From NCBI GenBank assembly GCA_002721725.1, contig PBLK01000008.1, positions 115,356 to 179,355 on the forward strand: a stretch of 64,000 nt of DNA, read 5' to 3'. Shown here in pieces: positions 22,946 through 33,263 of the stretch. Numbering within the stretch: the stretch's first letter is position 1; every line of letters begins with the position of its first letter. The notes below the pieces were generated by a model. That model was not told where the DNA came from, made no database searches, and saw nothing but the letters and a program-made list of their open reading frames with translations. Made by a program: the position numbers and the translations under genes. The DNA comes from Rhodobiaceae bacterium (GTDB lineage Bacteria > Pseudomonadota > Alphaproteobacteria > RS24).

Positions 22946-23644
22946 TCAGCTTTTGATGAGGCGCAAATAGCTGGCTTTGCGCCCCGCCGCCAGCGCCTTG
23001 GCCTCATAGCGCGTGCCCGGCCAATCGGGCGGCGGCACGCCCCAATCATCGGCGCAGCTGACCGGCCAGTCAAAGCCATTATGGCGCTTAATTTGAATCA
23101 GCGACCAGTTAATATAATCGGCAATATCGCTGGCCAGAAAAAATTCACCTTTGGGTCGTAGGACGCGGTGCATGGCTGCGAGGTTTTCCGCATTCACAAA
23201 ACGCCTTTTATGGTGGCGGGTTTTCGGCCATGGGTCAGGATAAAGCAGATAGATTGCAGCCAGGCTTTCATCGGGCAGCACATCCAAGAGATTGCGCGCA
23301 TCATCTTGATAAACGGCAATATTGTCACGCCCTTCATCGGCAATGACGGTCAGCAATTTCGCCACCCCATTAATGAACGGCTCGCAACCGATAAAGCCGC
23401 AATCGGGTTGTTGCGCGGCGCGCGCCGCCAAATGCTCGCCGCCGCCAAAACCGATTTCCAATGCATAGGAAGAGAACGTTTTGCCGAACCAAGCCCTTGG
23501 TCGCTCGGACGACGCCAAATCAGGGCTCACTTGCGGCAGCAAATCGGCAACCAGGCGGGTTTGTTTTTTATGCAGGCGATGGCCTTGGCGGCGACCGTAG
23601 ATCAGCCGCCGATTGACCCTCTTATCTGATGGCGCATCGGTCAT
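22946..23644 (-). CDS. trmB: tRNA (guanine(46)-N7)-methyltransferase TrmB
   Basis: The SAM-binding LEIGFGGGEHL and YLLYPDPWPKTRHHKRR motifs are present. Confidence 0.9.
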   Translation of the reverse strand: MTDAPSDKRVNRRLIYGRRQGHRLHKKQTRLVADLLPQVSPDLASSERPRAWFGKTFSSYALEIGFGGGEHLAARAAQQPDCGFIGCEPFINGVAKLLTVIADEGRDNIAVYQDDARNLLDVLPDESLAAIYLLYPDPWPKTRHHKRRFVNAENLAAMHRVLRPKGEFFLASDIADYINWSLIQIKRHNGFDWPVSCADDWGVPPPDWPGTRYEAKALAAGRKASYLRLIKS

Positions 23645-23651
23645 TTACGCC

Positions 23652-24815
23652 TTACAGCGCCGCCTTAATGGCATCGGCCAAATCTGTGCGCTCCCAGCTA
23701 AAGCCACCATCTTCTTGCGGCGCACGACCGAAATGACCGTAGGCCGCGGTGCGCGCATAGATCGGCTTATTGAGACCCAAATGCTCGCGAATGCCGCGCG
23801 GGCTCAAATCCATTACCGCACCCAGTGCTTTTTCAAGCGCTGCCGCATCAACCGTGCCCGTGCCGTGCATATCGACATAAATCGACAGAGGCTGCGACAC
23901 GCCAATGGCATAGGAAAGCTGAATGGTGCAGCGCTCGGCAAGGCCGGCAGCAACGACATTTTTCGCCAAATAGCGCGATGCGTAAGCGGCCGAGCGGTCA
24001 ACCTTGGTCGGGTCTTTGCCGGAAAACGCACCGCCGCCATGCGGCGCGGCACCGCCATAGGTATCAACGATAATTTTGCGCCCGGTCAGACCGGCATCGC
24101 CATCGGGCCCACCGATAACGAAAGTGCCGGTCGGATTGACGTAAAACGCCTCTTCCGGGCACATCCAACCATCGGGCAAAACATTTTCCACAAAGGGCCT
24201 TACCAATTGGCGCACATCATCTTGGCTCAAATCTGTATCATGCTGGGTCGATACAACAACCGAAGTGGCGCGCACCGGCTTGCCGTTTTCATAGGCCAGA
24301 CTGACTTGGCTTTTGCTGTCGGGCCCAAAGCCCTTAACCGCGCCCGATTTGCGCGCCGTCGCCATATCGGCGAGAATTTGATGCGAAAAGGCAATCGGCG
24401 CCGGCATCAGCTCTTCGGTCTCGCGGCAGGCATAACCGAACATAATGCCCTGGTCGCCCGCCCCTTCATCCTTATTGCCGCCATCGCCGTCAACCCCTTG
24501 CGCAATATGCGCCGACTGACCGTGCACGCGCACCATCACCTTAGCATTTTGCCAATGAAAACCGTCTTGCTCATAGCCAATATCTCTGACTGCAGCGCGC
24601 GCCAAGGCCTCCATCTCTTCGTCGGAGACCAAGCCGGCGGGGCGCACTTCGCCGGCCATGACAATCAAATTTGTTGTAGTCAATGTCTCAACCGCGACGC
24701 GCGCTTGCGATTCGCGCTCCAGAAACGCATCCAAAATCGTATCGGAAATGCGGTCGCATACTTTATCGGGATGGCCTTCGGATACGGATTCCGAGGTAAA
24801 AACAAAATCTGACAT
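23652..24815 (-). CDS. metK: S-adenosylmethionine synthetase
   Basis: Motifs [14 protein letters not shown] and [16 protein letters not shown] are present. Length is 387 aa. Confidence 0.97.
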   Translation of the reverse strand: MSDFVFTSESVSEGHPDKVCDRISDTILDAFLERESQARVAVETLTTTNLIVMAGEVRPAGLVSDEEMEALARAAVRDIGYEQDGFHWQNAKVMVRVHGQSAHIAQGVDGDGGNKDEGAGDQGIMFGYACRETEELMPAPIAFSHQILADMATARKSGAVKGFGPDSKSQVSLAYENGKPVRATSVVVSTQHDTDLSQDDVRQLVRPFVENVLPDGWMCPEEAFYVNPTGTFVIGGPDGDAGLTGRKIIVDTYGGAAPHGGGAFSGKDPTKVDRSAAYASRYLAKNVVAAGLAERCTIQLSYAIGVSQPLSIYVDMHGTGTVDAAALEKALGAVMDLSPRGIREHLGLNKPIYARTAAYGHFGRAPQEDGGFSWERTDLADAIKAAL

Positions 24816-25003
24816 TTGCGCCCCTCTTTTGATCGCTTGTTCTAGTCAGGACAATGCACCAGGGTCAAGGGGTAATATTACAGTTTCAACCTTTTGGGCA
24901 CCGGGGACACTAGTAATTTGCTGACTATGGCCAGCAATCGAAGATTAATTTTGTTATCATCAATATGCCTAAAGCCTGATTGCGATCAGCGCTCGCCCTA
25001 GGC

Positions 25004-26614
25004 TCAAGGCAACGTTCTTTTACCCGGTTGCCGCCTAGCTGCCCATACAAAAATCGCTAGGCCGCCGCATAACAGCCAGAATATGATATCGCCATGGCGG
25101 GCATAAAAATTTGCCGGCAAAGGCGGCGGTAGCGGCAATGAAAACACTCCTGCCTCGGCCAGCGGCAGGCGATCAAGCTGCCGTCCACGGGCATCGAATG
25201 CAGCCGAAATGCCTGTATTAGCGGCGCGCAATAGCGGAATGCCTTGCTCAATGGCGCGCAAGCGCGCTTGCGCCAAATGCTGATAGGGCCCGAAACTGGT
25301 GCCGAACCAGCCATCATTGGTCAGATTGACAAAAGCGGCAGGTCGCGGCCCACCCTGCGCTAAGCTGGGAAACACCGCCTCATAACATATAAGCGGCGCA
25401 AGCAACGGCAAGCGAGCGGCGCTCAGCCGAGCGCCTGTCGGGCCCGCAGCATAACCACCCCGCAAGCGCGCTAATTGCTGCAGGCCAATAGCTTCAAAAA
25501 AAGATTGAAAGGGTAAATATTCCCCAAACGGCACCAAGTGATGTTTGTCACTGCGTGCCAGTAATAGGCCATCGCCCGACCACAACATGGCGCTGTTGAA
25601 AAAAGCCAGGCCATCCGCAGTTACCTCGCGGCGAATGGCCCCGGTCAATAAATAGGCGACACGCCCATCATCGGCGCGCGGCAGTTCGGCCGCCAACCTT
25701 TCTGCAAAACCTGACCCTTCGCCAATTAAAGCGGGTACCGCCGTTTCAGGCCAAATAATGAGGTCAGTATCGGGCGCATATTGCAGGCCCAGCAACGTCA
25801 TTTTAAAGGTTCTATCTATATGGCGGTCGCGCAATTCGGGGCGCCATTTTTCGCGCTGCGCCAAGTTGGGTTGAACCACGGTGATTTTAATCGCCTCCGC
25901 CTCCGGCTTGGTAGGGCCATCCGATAAAACAAACCAAGAATAAGTGAAAGCGGCGAACGGCAAAGCCAAAGCGGCCATGACGCGTGAGCGACCACCGGCG
26001 GCTAGAAAAGCGGCACTCAACAGCGCCAAAAGCGACAATCCATAAATACCGACAAGCGCCACCGGTTGTGCCAGATAAAGCCATCCCGCCCAGCCCATAT
26101 GCGGCAAATTCCAAGGCAGGCCGGTAAGCACATGACCCCGGGCATATTCGCTAAGTGCTAACAGAACCGAAAGCAAAATGTATGCCCCCAATTGGGACGG
26201 CTGCGAGCGCTTGGCCAGCGCCCCGAACAGCGCGAAAGAGGCAGCATGAAGCAAGGCAAGACCGGCCGGCAGCCCGGTCACAGCAATAGGCAGGGCCCAT
26301 AAAAACAACTCTGCCTCAACCAAAAAAGCCTCGCCAATCCATGCCATGCCGCTAGCAAATTGTCCAAAGCCGAAACACCAACCTAGGCGCGCCAATTGCC
26401 AAACCGAGAACGCAGTTAATTTTTGCACGGTCAGATAAAACACGAGACTTGTGGCGAGATAAAATAGCGGCAGCAGGTAAAAGGGCGGGTAAGACAGAGG
26501 CAATATCAGCCCGCATAGCAGCGCTGACCAAAACGGGTGCGCCAACACGCGCGCGCCAATATAGCGCTGCCATAAGACGCTAAGGCGGGCAAAAATGGAA
26601 GGTATTGAGGGCAT
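25004..26614 (-). CDS. lnt: apolipoprotein N-acyltransferase
   Basis: A polytopic N-terminal membrane domain is followed by a CN-hydrolase domain (IIWPETAVP, LICYEAVFP). It is the first gene of the conserved lnt-corC-ybeY-phoH-miaB block. Confidence 0.9.
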   Translation of the reverse strand: MPSIPSIFARLSVLWQRYIGARVLAHPFWSALLCGLILPLSYPPFYLLPLFYLATSLVFYLTVQKLTAFSVWQLARLGWCFGFGQFASGMAWIGEAFLVEAELFLWALPIAVTGLPAGLALLHAASFALFGALAKRSQPSQLGAYILLSVLLALSEYARGHVLTGLPWNLPHMGWAGWLYLAQPVALVGIYGLSLLALLSAAFLAAGGRSRVMAALALPFAAFTYSWFVLSDGPTKPEAEAIKITVVQPNLAQREKWRPELRDRHIDRTFKMTLLGLQYAPDTDLIIWPETAVPALIGEGSGFAERLAAELPRADDGRVAYLLTGAIRREVTADGLAFFNSAMLWSGDGLLLARSDKHHLVPFGEYLPFQSFFEAIGLQQLARLRGGYAAGPTGARLSAARLPLLAPLICYEAVFPSLAQGGPRPAAFVNLTNDGWFGTSFGPYQHLAQARLRAIEQGIPLLRAANTGISAAFDARGRQLDRLPLAEAGVFSLPLPPPLPANFYARHGDIIFWLLCGGLAIFVWAARRQPGKRTLP

Positions 26615-26622
26615 GGCGCACC

Positions 26623-27498
26623 TCAGCCACTAATAATGCGTATATCGAGACTCTTGATGCGACGCGCATCACCGTCGCGAATGATGAACTCCACGTTTTG
26701 TCCATCGCCCAAGTGGCAATCGATAATTTCGCCGCGTTCGGGCACGCGTCCGGCCAGGGCAAATACCAGACCGCCCAAAGTATCGATATCACCAATCTCT
26801 TCAATTTGGCTAAAATCGAGCTTCAATTCGGCTTGCACATTATCGAGCGACAAGCGGGCAGAGGCACGCCAATGACCAGCCCCTTTTTCTTCGCGTGGGC
26901 GCAGCAAAACTTCTTCCTCATCATGCTCATCTTCAATTTCGCCGACAATTTCTTCAATCAAATCTTCAATCGTGACCAACCCGTCCGTACCTCCGTATTC
27001 ATCAATCACCAGAGCCATATGGCTTCGGGTAATTTGCATTTTCAAAAGCAAATCCATTGCCGACATGGAGGGTGGCACGAATAAAAGCGGCCTGATAAGG
27101 CTAGCCAAATCGAGCTTAGCGAGCCCGTTTTGGCGCTCCAGAACCGACAACAAGTCCTTGACGTGCAAGAAACCCAAAGGCTGGTCCAAAGTCTCGCGAT
27201 AGACCGGCATGCGCGAATGACCACATTCGGCAAAACGCGGTAGCAAGACGGGCGGATCAATGTCAATTTCAAGCCCGTCAATCTCCGCAAGCGGCACCAT
27301 CACATCATCCAAAGTCACATCGCGAAAACCGAGCAGGTTTTTCAGCATATGGCGTTCTTCATCGGAAAAATCATCGCGTCCGCCTTCAGCCTCTCCCAGC
27401 ACATCTTCGAGACTTTCGCGCAAATTGGCTTCGGGCGCGCCGAACACACGCCGTCTTAACGCGCCCCAAAAGCCGCCCTGTGAACCGTTCGCGCTCAT
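26623..27498 (-). CDS. CBS-pair/CorC_HlyC domain protein (CorC/TlyC family, putative Mg/Co efflux-associated)
   Basis: There are two CBS motifs (VMVPLAEIDGLEID..., ALVIDEYGGTDGLVTIEDLIEEIVGEI) and a C-terminal transporter-associated domain. Confidence 0.88.
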   Translation of the reverse strand: MSANGSQGGFWGALRRRVFGAPEANLRESLEDVLGEAEGGRDDFSDEERHMLKNLLGFRDVTLDDVMVPLAEIDGLEIDIDPPVLLPRFAECGHSRMPVYRETLDQPLGFLHVKDLLSVLERQNGLAKLDLASLIRPLLFVPPSMSAMDLLLKMQITRSHMALVIDEYGGTDGLVTIEDLIEEIVGEIEDEHDEEEVLLRPREEKGAGHWRASARLSLDNVQAELKLDFSQIEEIGDIDTLGGLVFALAGRVPERGEIIDCHLGDGQNVEFIIRDGDARRIKSLDIRIISG

Positions 27499-28016
27499 CG
27501 CCCTGCCGCCTTTTCATCAAGGTCAATATCATAAGGGTCAGCGCGCCCTTGTGCGGCCAGAATGTTTTTTTCCAATTCTTCCATCTGCGCCGCATCGTGC
27601 TCTTGCACATGGTCATGGCCCAATAAATGCAACAATCCATGCGTCAGCAAATGACACATATGGTCTTGTTTGTCTTTGCCTTGCGCTTGCGCTTCCTCTG
27701 CCAGCACATCATGGGCCAGCACAATATCGCCAAGCAAGCGCGGCAAAGGCACATTGTTGAGAGCGGCGGCGTTGACCGGCGCGGTGAAATCTTGCGCCGG
27801 AAAAGACAAGACATTGGTTGCGCCTTTTTTGTCGCGATAGGTTTCATTCAACGTGGCGATAAATGTGCCGTCAGCCAGCACCAGACTGATTTCGGCCGGC
27901 GGCAAATCAAGATGGCGCCAGACAAAATCGGCTTGCGCGGCAAGCATTGCTTCCAGCCCGTGCCAAGCCTCATGGCGGCAATCAATATCGAGGTTCAATG
28001 TTGCGCCGTCCGGCAT
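27495..28016 (-). CDS. ybeY: rRNA maturation endoribonuclease YbeY
   Basis: The zinc-binding motif HGLLHLLGHDH is present. The start is uncertain. The ATG at 28016 gives a typical length of about 173 aa, and the ATGs at 28103/28106 give about 203 aa overlapping the phoH stop. The track start at 28334 is over-extended into phoH. Confidence 0.88.
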   Translation of the reverse strand: MPDGATLNLDIDCRHEAWHGLEAMLAAQADFVWRHLDLPPAEISLVLADGTFIATLNETYRDKKGATNVLSFPAQDFTAPVNAAALNNVPLPRLLGDIVLAHDVLAEEAQAQGKDKQDHMCHLLTHGLLHLLGHDHVQEHDAAQMEELEKNILAAQGRADPYDIDLDEKAAGR

Positions 28017-28095
28017 CAAACTGTCATGGGCCGGACTGTCAGGCTCCGGCTCGGCGGCCAGCGCTGCATCTGTGGCGGTTTGTGGCTCCGTGGTT

Positions 28096-29259
28096 TTAAT
28101 CATCATTGCGCGCTTCCGCTTCATCTTGTTTTTCGCTGCGGCTTTTGCCCTTTTTATTCTGCCTGTCGGTCGGCAATTTGGCATCGCGGCGATTATAGGC
28201 TTTGACGATGCGGGTGACCAAATCATGGCGCACCACATCTTCTTCGCCAAAACGGATAATATCGACACCGCGTATTTTCGGCAAAATTTCCATCGCATCG
28301 CGCAAGCCCGATTTGGCCCCAAAGGGCAGGTCAATCTGACTTGGGTCGCCGGTAATCACCATGCGCGAATTTTCGCCCATACGGGTCAAAAACATTTTCA
28401 TCTGCATTGGTGTGGCGTTTTGGCTTTCATCGAGAATGACAAAACTATTCGACAAGGTGCGCCCGCGCATGAAAGCCAAAGGCGCGATTTCTATTTCGCC
28501 GCTTTCCAAAGAGCGCGTCACTTGCGGCCCCGGCAACATATCGTAAAGCGCGTCATAAAGCGGGCGCAGATAAGGGTCGACCTTGTCGCGCATATCGCCG
28601 GGCAAAAAGCCCAAATTCTCGCCCGCCTCGACCGCCGGTCGTGACAAAATTATGCGGTCGACCTTGCCCTCGACCAGCATGGTCGCAGCAGCGGCAACGG
28701 CAAGATAGGTTTTGCCCGTGCCGGCCGGCCCGAGGCCGACCACCAGCTCATTTTTCAAAAGCGCCTGAATATAATCGGCTTGCGTGGCCGAGCGCGGCAA
28801 CACTTCACGACGTTGGGTGCGCAAGGCAACCCCGCCATAGAGTTTTTTACCACGCGCCGTGCCCTTACCATTGCTTTTGCCGTTATTTTTGCCGCTGCTT
28901 TCGGCCATGCTTTTGCCGTTCGATTGGTCGGAAGCTTGCCCCGCTTGACCGCCACTGCCCAAACTCAAACGCAAAGCCCCGTCAACATCGCCGCCGGTCA
29001 CTTCGGCACCGCGTTCCAAATGCGCGTAAAGCGCGGTCAATACTTGCTCGGCGCGGGCGCAATTTTCTGCTTGGCCGGAGACGAATACCTGATTGCCGCG
29101 ATTGGCCAGCGACACATCAAGCGTTTGCTCAATGCGCGACAAATGCTTGCCATGCTCGCCATAAAGCTCGGGCAAAAGTCGATTATTGTCGAACTCAAGA
29201 ACAAGCGGTTCGCCGATAAGGCCCTCATGTCCGGTGAGGTTTTTGTCAGAACCGCTCAA
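28096..29259 (-). CDS. phoH: PhoH-like ATPase (PhoH/YbeZ)
   Basis: Walker A GPAGTGKTYLA is present, with a PhoH core (ILSRPAVEAGENLGFLPGD, FVILDESQN). It carries an unusually long G/S/N/K-rich linker and a basic C-terminal tail. Confidence 0.92.
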   Translation of the reverse strand: MSGSDKNLTGHEGLIGEPLVLEFDNNRLLPELYGEHGKHLSRIEQTLDVSLANRGNQVFVSGQAENCARAEQVLTALYAHLERGAEVTGGDVDGALRLSLGSGGQAGQASDQSNGKSMAESSGKNNGKSNGKGTARGKKLYGGVALRTQRREVLPRSATQADYIQALLKNELVVGLGPAGTGKTYLAVAAAATMLVEGKVDRIILSRPAVEAGENLGFLPGDMRDKVDPYLRPLYDALYDMLPGPQVTRSLESGEIEIAPLAFMRGRTLSNSFVILDESQNATPMQMKMFLTRMGENSRMVITGDPSQIDLPFGAKSGLRDAMEILPKIRGVDIIRFGEEDVVRHDLVTRIVKAYNRRDAKLPTDRQNKKGKSRSEKQDEAEARNDD

Positions 29260-29383
29260 GCGCGCGCTCCGATTTTTTTAAAATCATCAAAAGCACCATT
29301 AGCTCGAGTATCGGGGCAAATGACCGGCTTGGCAAGCCCCGGCAAGCGCCACCGATTTGATGTCAATGGCCAGACCGAGACAC

Positions 29384-30781
29384 TCATATAGACAAAATAC
29401 CGCTTAAGCTATTGGCATGCGCCGCCTCAATCTCAACCGGCAAAATACGCCCGCGCAAAGCCGCTGCATCGACATCCCCGAGCGGCACATGGACGGGTTG
29501 CAAATAGGGGCTGCGCCCGCTCATCTGGTCGCCGCTTTTTGACAGCTTATCGAATAAAACCGGCAAGGTTTTGCCGATTTGCGCTTGGTGAAAGGCCATT
29601 TGCTGGGCATTGAGCAGGGCTTGCAAGTCTTTCAAGCGCGCCGCTTTCACCGCCTCATCGACTTGGTTTTCTGCATCGGCCGCGGGTGTGCCGGGGCGTG
29701 GGCTATATTTGAACGAAAAGGCTTGCGCATAACGCACTTCTTCGACCAACGCCATTGTGGCGGCAAAATCTTCTTCCGTCTCGCCGGGAAAGCCGACAAT
29801 AAAATCCGACGACAGCGCCAAATCGGGACGCGCGGCGCGAAATTTTTTGACCAAAGCCAAATAGTCAGCCGCTGTATGCTTGCGATTCATCGCCTTTAAA
29901 ATTGCATCAGAGCCCGATTGCACCGGCAAATGCAAATAAGGCATGAGCTTTTCATTATCACCATGCGCCGCAATCAGTGCCGCATCCATATCGCGCGGAT
30001 GGCTGGTGGTGAAGCGCAAGCGCTCAAGCCCCTCAATCTCGCCGAGCTGCGCCAACAGGCCGTCCAGCCGCATGCCGTCATGCGCCCATGCATTGACGTT
30101 TTGCCCCAATAGGGTGATTTCGCAAACGCCTTGCGCCACCAAAGCGCGCGCTTCGGCAATGATGTCGGCGCGCGCGCGCGAAACTTCTTCGCCGCGCGTG
30201 TAGGGCACCACACAAAAAGTGCAAAATTTATCGCACCCCTCTTGCACGGTGACAAAAGCCGATGGGCTGCGCGTCACCGGCTTGCGCGGCGCAGCCTGCA
30301 AAGCGGCAAATTTTTCCGATGCGGGAAATTCCGTGCGCACCAATTTCGGCTTATTGCCTTGTGCGCGCGCATCGGCAATTTCACCCAACATGGCGGGCAA
30401 TTGCTGAAAGGTTTGCGGCCCGAACACCATATCGACAACGGGCGCGCGGGCAATGATTTCCGCCCCTTCCGCTTGTGCCACACAGCCGGCCACGCCAATC
30501 ACCATATGTTTGTTCTGCTGCTTGAGCGGTTTCAAACGCCCCAATTCGGAATAGACTTTCTCAGCCGCTTTTTCGCGAATATGGCAGGGGTTCAAAATCA
30601 CCATATCGGCCTCATCAGCCGCCGCAACCGGGCGATAGCCGGCCTCGGACAATGCTTCTTCCATGCGTTGGCTGTCATAGACATTCATCTGGCAGCCATA
30701 GGTTTTGATAAAACAGGTCTTGTCATTATCACCGGTTTTGCCGCTTGGCTGCTGCGTCTTACTGTTTTCAGATGCTCTCAT
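29384..30781 (-). CDS. miaB: tRNA-2-methylthio-N6-dimethylallyladenosine synthase MiaB
   Basis: The N-terminal cluster region [10 protein letters not shown], the radical-SAM [15 protein letters not shown] and a TRAM C-terminus are present. Confidence 0.95.
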   Translation of the reverse strand: MRASENSKTQQPSGKTGDNDKTCFIKTYGCQMNVYDSQRMEEALSEAGYRPVAAADEADMVILNPCHIREKAAEKVYSELGRLKPLKQQNKHMVIGVAGCVAQAEGAEIIARAPVVDMVFGPQTFQQLPAMLGEIADARAQGNKPKLVRTEFPASEKFAALQAAPRKPVTRSPSAFVTVQEGCDKFCTFCVVPYTRGEEVSRARADIIAEARALVAQGVCEITLLGQNVNAWAHDGMRLDGLLAQLGEIEGLERLRFTTSHPRDMDAALIAAHGDNEKLMPYLHLPVQSGSDAILKAMNRKHTAADYLALVKKFRAARPDLALSSDFIVGFPGETEEDFAATMALVEEVRYAQAFSFKYSPRPGTPAADAENQVDEAVKAARLKDLQALLNAQQMAFHQAQIGKTLPVLFDKLSKSGDQMSGRSPYLQPVHVPLGDVDAAALRGRILPVEIEAAHANSLSGILSI

Positions 30782-30812
30782 GGATTGGCCTTAGCTTTTT
30801 TACGGCGCGATT

Positions 30813-31634
30813 TCAAGAGCGCTCGAAATCGGGGACCGGAACGGGATGCGGCGCGCCGCGCATGACCCCATCCAAGCCGTGGCTGACCTGCCGATGCAAA
30901 GCCTGTGCCAACACCTTTCGGTCAGACGCAAGATGATGCGGCACGGCTTGATGAAATATCAAATCAACGCCGAGCGGCGGTCCGGCAAAAATGGCAAGAA
31001 AATGCGGCACAAGCGTCATATCGCCAATCCAGCCATAGGCCATACGCTGCCGCCGCCCCAGCGCCATATTATGCCGCCTTGTATAGGCCAAGCTCATGGC
31101 TTGCACGCATATATCGCCATTGCCTTCCGGCACCGATAAAAAGCTCGATTTGAACGGCAAGACGCGCAAGCCGTCGCTCGATGTACCCTCGGCAAACAGC
31201 ACCACAATCTCACCTTTTGCCAGCCGTGCAGCCAACGCATCGCTTTCGTGCAATGTGTGGCGACCGCGGCGGCGGGTCACAAATAGCGTATTGTTGAGCC
31301 ATGCCAATTGGCCGAAAAGCGGCCATTTTTTGACCTCGCTTTTGGCCATGAAGCCGACCGGCAAAACCGAGCCGATAAGCGCAATGTCAAACCATGACAC
31401 ATGATTGGCGACCAATAGCGTGCCGCTTTTTCGGCCCCTTTCGGGCAGCGGGCCGGTGACCGAGACGCGCACGGACAGGAGCGCCAGCATGAGGCGGAAA
31501 AAGACAAGCGGCAAGGCAAAGCGCCAGCGCGGCACATGCATCAAGACAAGTTGCGGCGGCACCAGCACCACCAAAGCGGCGAAAAAACCGCTCAATCTGA
31601 AAAATAATCTGATGACTTGCCGCAATGCGCCCAA
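30813..31634 (-). CDS. lysophospholipid (1-acyl-sn-glycerol-3-phosphate) acyltransferase family protein
   Basis: The HX4D acyltransferase motif ANHVSWFD, FAEGTSSDG and an N-terminal membrane anchor are present. Confidence 0.8.
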   Translation of the reverse strand: MGALRQVIRLFFRLSGFFAALVVLVPPQLVLMHVPRWRFALPLVFFRLMLALLSVRVSVTGPLPERGRKSGTLLVANHVSWFDIALIGSVLPVGFMAKSEVKKWPLFGQLAWLNNTLFVTRRRGRHTLHESDALAARLAKGEIVVLFAEGTSSDGLRVLPFKSSFLSVPEGNGDICVQAMSLAYTRRHNMALGRRQRMAYGWIGDMTLVPHFLAIFAGPPLGVDLIFHQAVPHHLASDRKVLAQALHRQVSHGLDGVMRGAPHPVPVPDFERS

Positions 31635-31640
31635 ATCGGT

Positions 31641-32075
31641 CTATTTGCGGGTTTTGGCGTTAAGCGGCACGGCATAAAGCTCAAGACGATGATCAACCAG
31701 CCGATAGCCCAATTTCTCGGCCACTTCGGTTTGCAGCCGCTCAATCTCATCATTGGTAAATTCAATCACCTTGCCCGATTGAATATCGATCAAATGGTCA
31801 TGATGGTCTTCCGGCGCCGGTTCATAGCGCGCACGGCCATCGCCGAAATCATGACGCGTCAAAATCCCGGCTTCTTCAAACAGGCGCACGGTGCGGTAAA
31901 CCGTGGCAATGGAAATCGCCTCATCTTCCGCCGCGGCGCGTTTATAGACTTCTTCGACATCGGGATGGTCTTGCGCATCGCTCAGCACACGGGCAATGAC
32001 GCGCCGCTGCTCGGTCATGCGCATGCCCGCCTCGCTGGCCAGCGTTTCAATATCACGTGCCGATTTTTTGCTCAT
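31641..32075 (-). CDS. fur: Fur-family metalloregulator (Fur/Mur type)
   Basis: GMRMTEQRRVIARVL, IATVYRTVRLFEEAGIL and the metal-site HHDHLID are present. Length is 144 aa. The start overlaps the rimI 3' end by 23 nt. Confidence 0.88.
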   Translation of the reverse strand: MSKKSARDIETLASEAGMRMTEQRRVIARVLSDAQDHPDVEEVYKRAAAEDEAISIATVYRTVRLFEEAGILTRHDFGDGRARYEPAPEDHHDHLIDIQSGKVIEFTNDEIERLQTEVAEKLGYRLVDHRLELYAVPLNAKTRK

Positions 32076-32535
32076 GCTGTGCGCCTTCCTGACTGTCGAG
32101 CCTCATTAAAACCGCATCGACGGGAAAATTTCCAGCCCTTTTATAATATTTGCTGCGCCGCCCATCTTCAACAAAGCCAAAACCCTGATAAAGCGCTTGC
32201 GCCGCTGCATTATCGGCCGCGACCTCGAGCCATATTTTGGCCGGTTGCAGAGTCGTTATCATATGCGCCATGAGGCGACGCGCCAATCCGCGGCGGCGTT
32301 TTTCGGGATGCACGGCGAGGGTAAGAATCTCCACCCCATCGGGCATATGCTGCAACATGATAAAACCGTCGGCATGGCCCAAAGCCGTGACGGTTTTTTG
32401 TGCCAGCATATCGGCAAAGGCGCGCGCCGACCACGCGCCATCGTCAAAAGCCAAAGCGTGCAGGCGCGCCAAAGCGGCCGCATCATGCAGTGCTTCAAAG
32501 GGTGTTGGTAGGTTTTGGTGTCGGCGTTCAGCCAT
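32053..32535 (-). CDS. rimI: ribosomal-protein-alanine N-acetyltransferase (GNAT)
   Basis: The GNAT acetyl-CoA motif VHPEKRRRGLARRLM is present. It sits in the conserved tsaB-rimI-fur arrangement. Confidence 0.8.
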   Translation of the reverse strand: MAERRHQNLPTPFEALHDAAALARLHALAFDDGAWSARAFADMLAQKTVTALGHADGFIMLQHMPDGVEILTLAVHPEKRRRGLARRLMAHMITTLQPAKIWLEVAADNAAAQALYQGFGFVEDGRRSKYYKRAGNFPVDAVLMRLDSQEGAQHEQKIGT

Positions 32536-32547
32536 GATTTATGCCCT

Positions 32548-33258
32548 TTAGGCCGGGCGCGCGCCGCGCCATTTTATGCGCTTTTCAGGGTCGGGCAATG
32601 TCGCATCGGGGGGGCGCAAATAGAGCGGCTCGGCGGGTGGCAAATCCGCCCAATCATCATCTTGCGCCGCCATTTCGGCCAAATAAACGGCATGCGGATA
32701 GGGCGCGGCCTGGCTGGCATAAAAGCCCGACCAATGCGCAGCCAAAAGCGGTGCGCCGGTGCCGCATACCGCCATGCGGGCGGCCCCCAAGCTTTCGGCC
32801 AATGTGACCAATTGCGCCGCCGATAGGGCGGCCGGGTCGCTTATCGCAGCGCCTTGCCGGTCAAAAGCTTGCGCATAAAATGTGTCGCGCTTGGCATCGA
32901 CCGCGACCAAAAGCGGGTCGTCCTTAAACTCATGAGCCGCCGCCATAACAGCCAAAGTACCATAGGTTTTGAGCGGCAGGTCGAGCGCCAAAGCCAGCCC
33001 GCGCATAGCCGCCAAGCCGACACGCACGCCGGTAAAAGTGCCCGGCCCATGTGTCACGGCGAGCCGCGTCAGCGCTTGGCAGTCAGTCGCCGCTTCGGCC
33101 AATAGGCTTTCCAAAATCGGCATCAGCGCTTCGGCATGGCCGCGGCTCATTTCCTCAATCTGTGCGGCCAGCACCTTGTCTTGATAAAGCGCCACCGAAC
33201 ATGCCCCTTGCGTGGTGTCGCAAGCGAGAATCAGCGGCGCAGGGTCACAAGCGGTCAT
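32548..33258 (-). CDS. tsaB: tRNA threonylcarbamoyladenosine biosynthesis protein TsaB
   Basis: An inactive-Kae1-like fold signature is present (ILACDTTQGACSVAL...THGPGTFTGVRVGL). Start set to the ATG at 33258. The track start at 33279 would overlap the upstream gene by 16 nt. Confidence 0.85.
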   Translation of the reverse strand: MTACDPAPLILACDTTQGACSVALYQDKVLAAQIEEMSRGHAEALMPILESLLAEAATDCQALTRLAVTHGPGTFTGVRVGLAAMRGLALALDLPLKTYGTLAVMAAAHEFKDDPLLVAVDAKRDTFYAQAFDRQGAAISDPAALSAAQLVTLAESLGAARMAVCGTGAPLLAAHWSGFYASQAAPYPHAVYLAEMAAQDDDWADLPPAEPLYLRPPDATLPDPEKRIKWRGARPA

Positions 33259-33263
33259 CAGGG

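Noticed and set aside
23613-24812. 399-aa ORF on the plus strand
   Set aside because: It is antisense to metK over its whole length. It is a shadow ORF with an Arg/Ala/Gly-rich nonsense-like sequence.
27495-28334. 279-aa version of the ybeY ORF
   Set aside because: The first 75 or so codons overlap the 3' part of phoH in another frame and look like random sequence. YbeY homology starts near the ATG at 28016 (or 28103/28106). Similar over-extensions were trimmed for mutM, ubiE, cysK, the SH3 protein, pnp, trpS, glnD, mutS, gshB, rsmI, nth, the nitroreductase and the hydroxylase.
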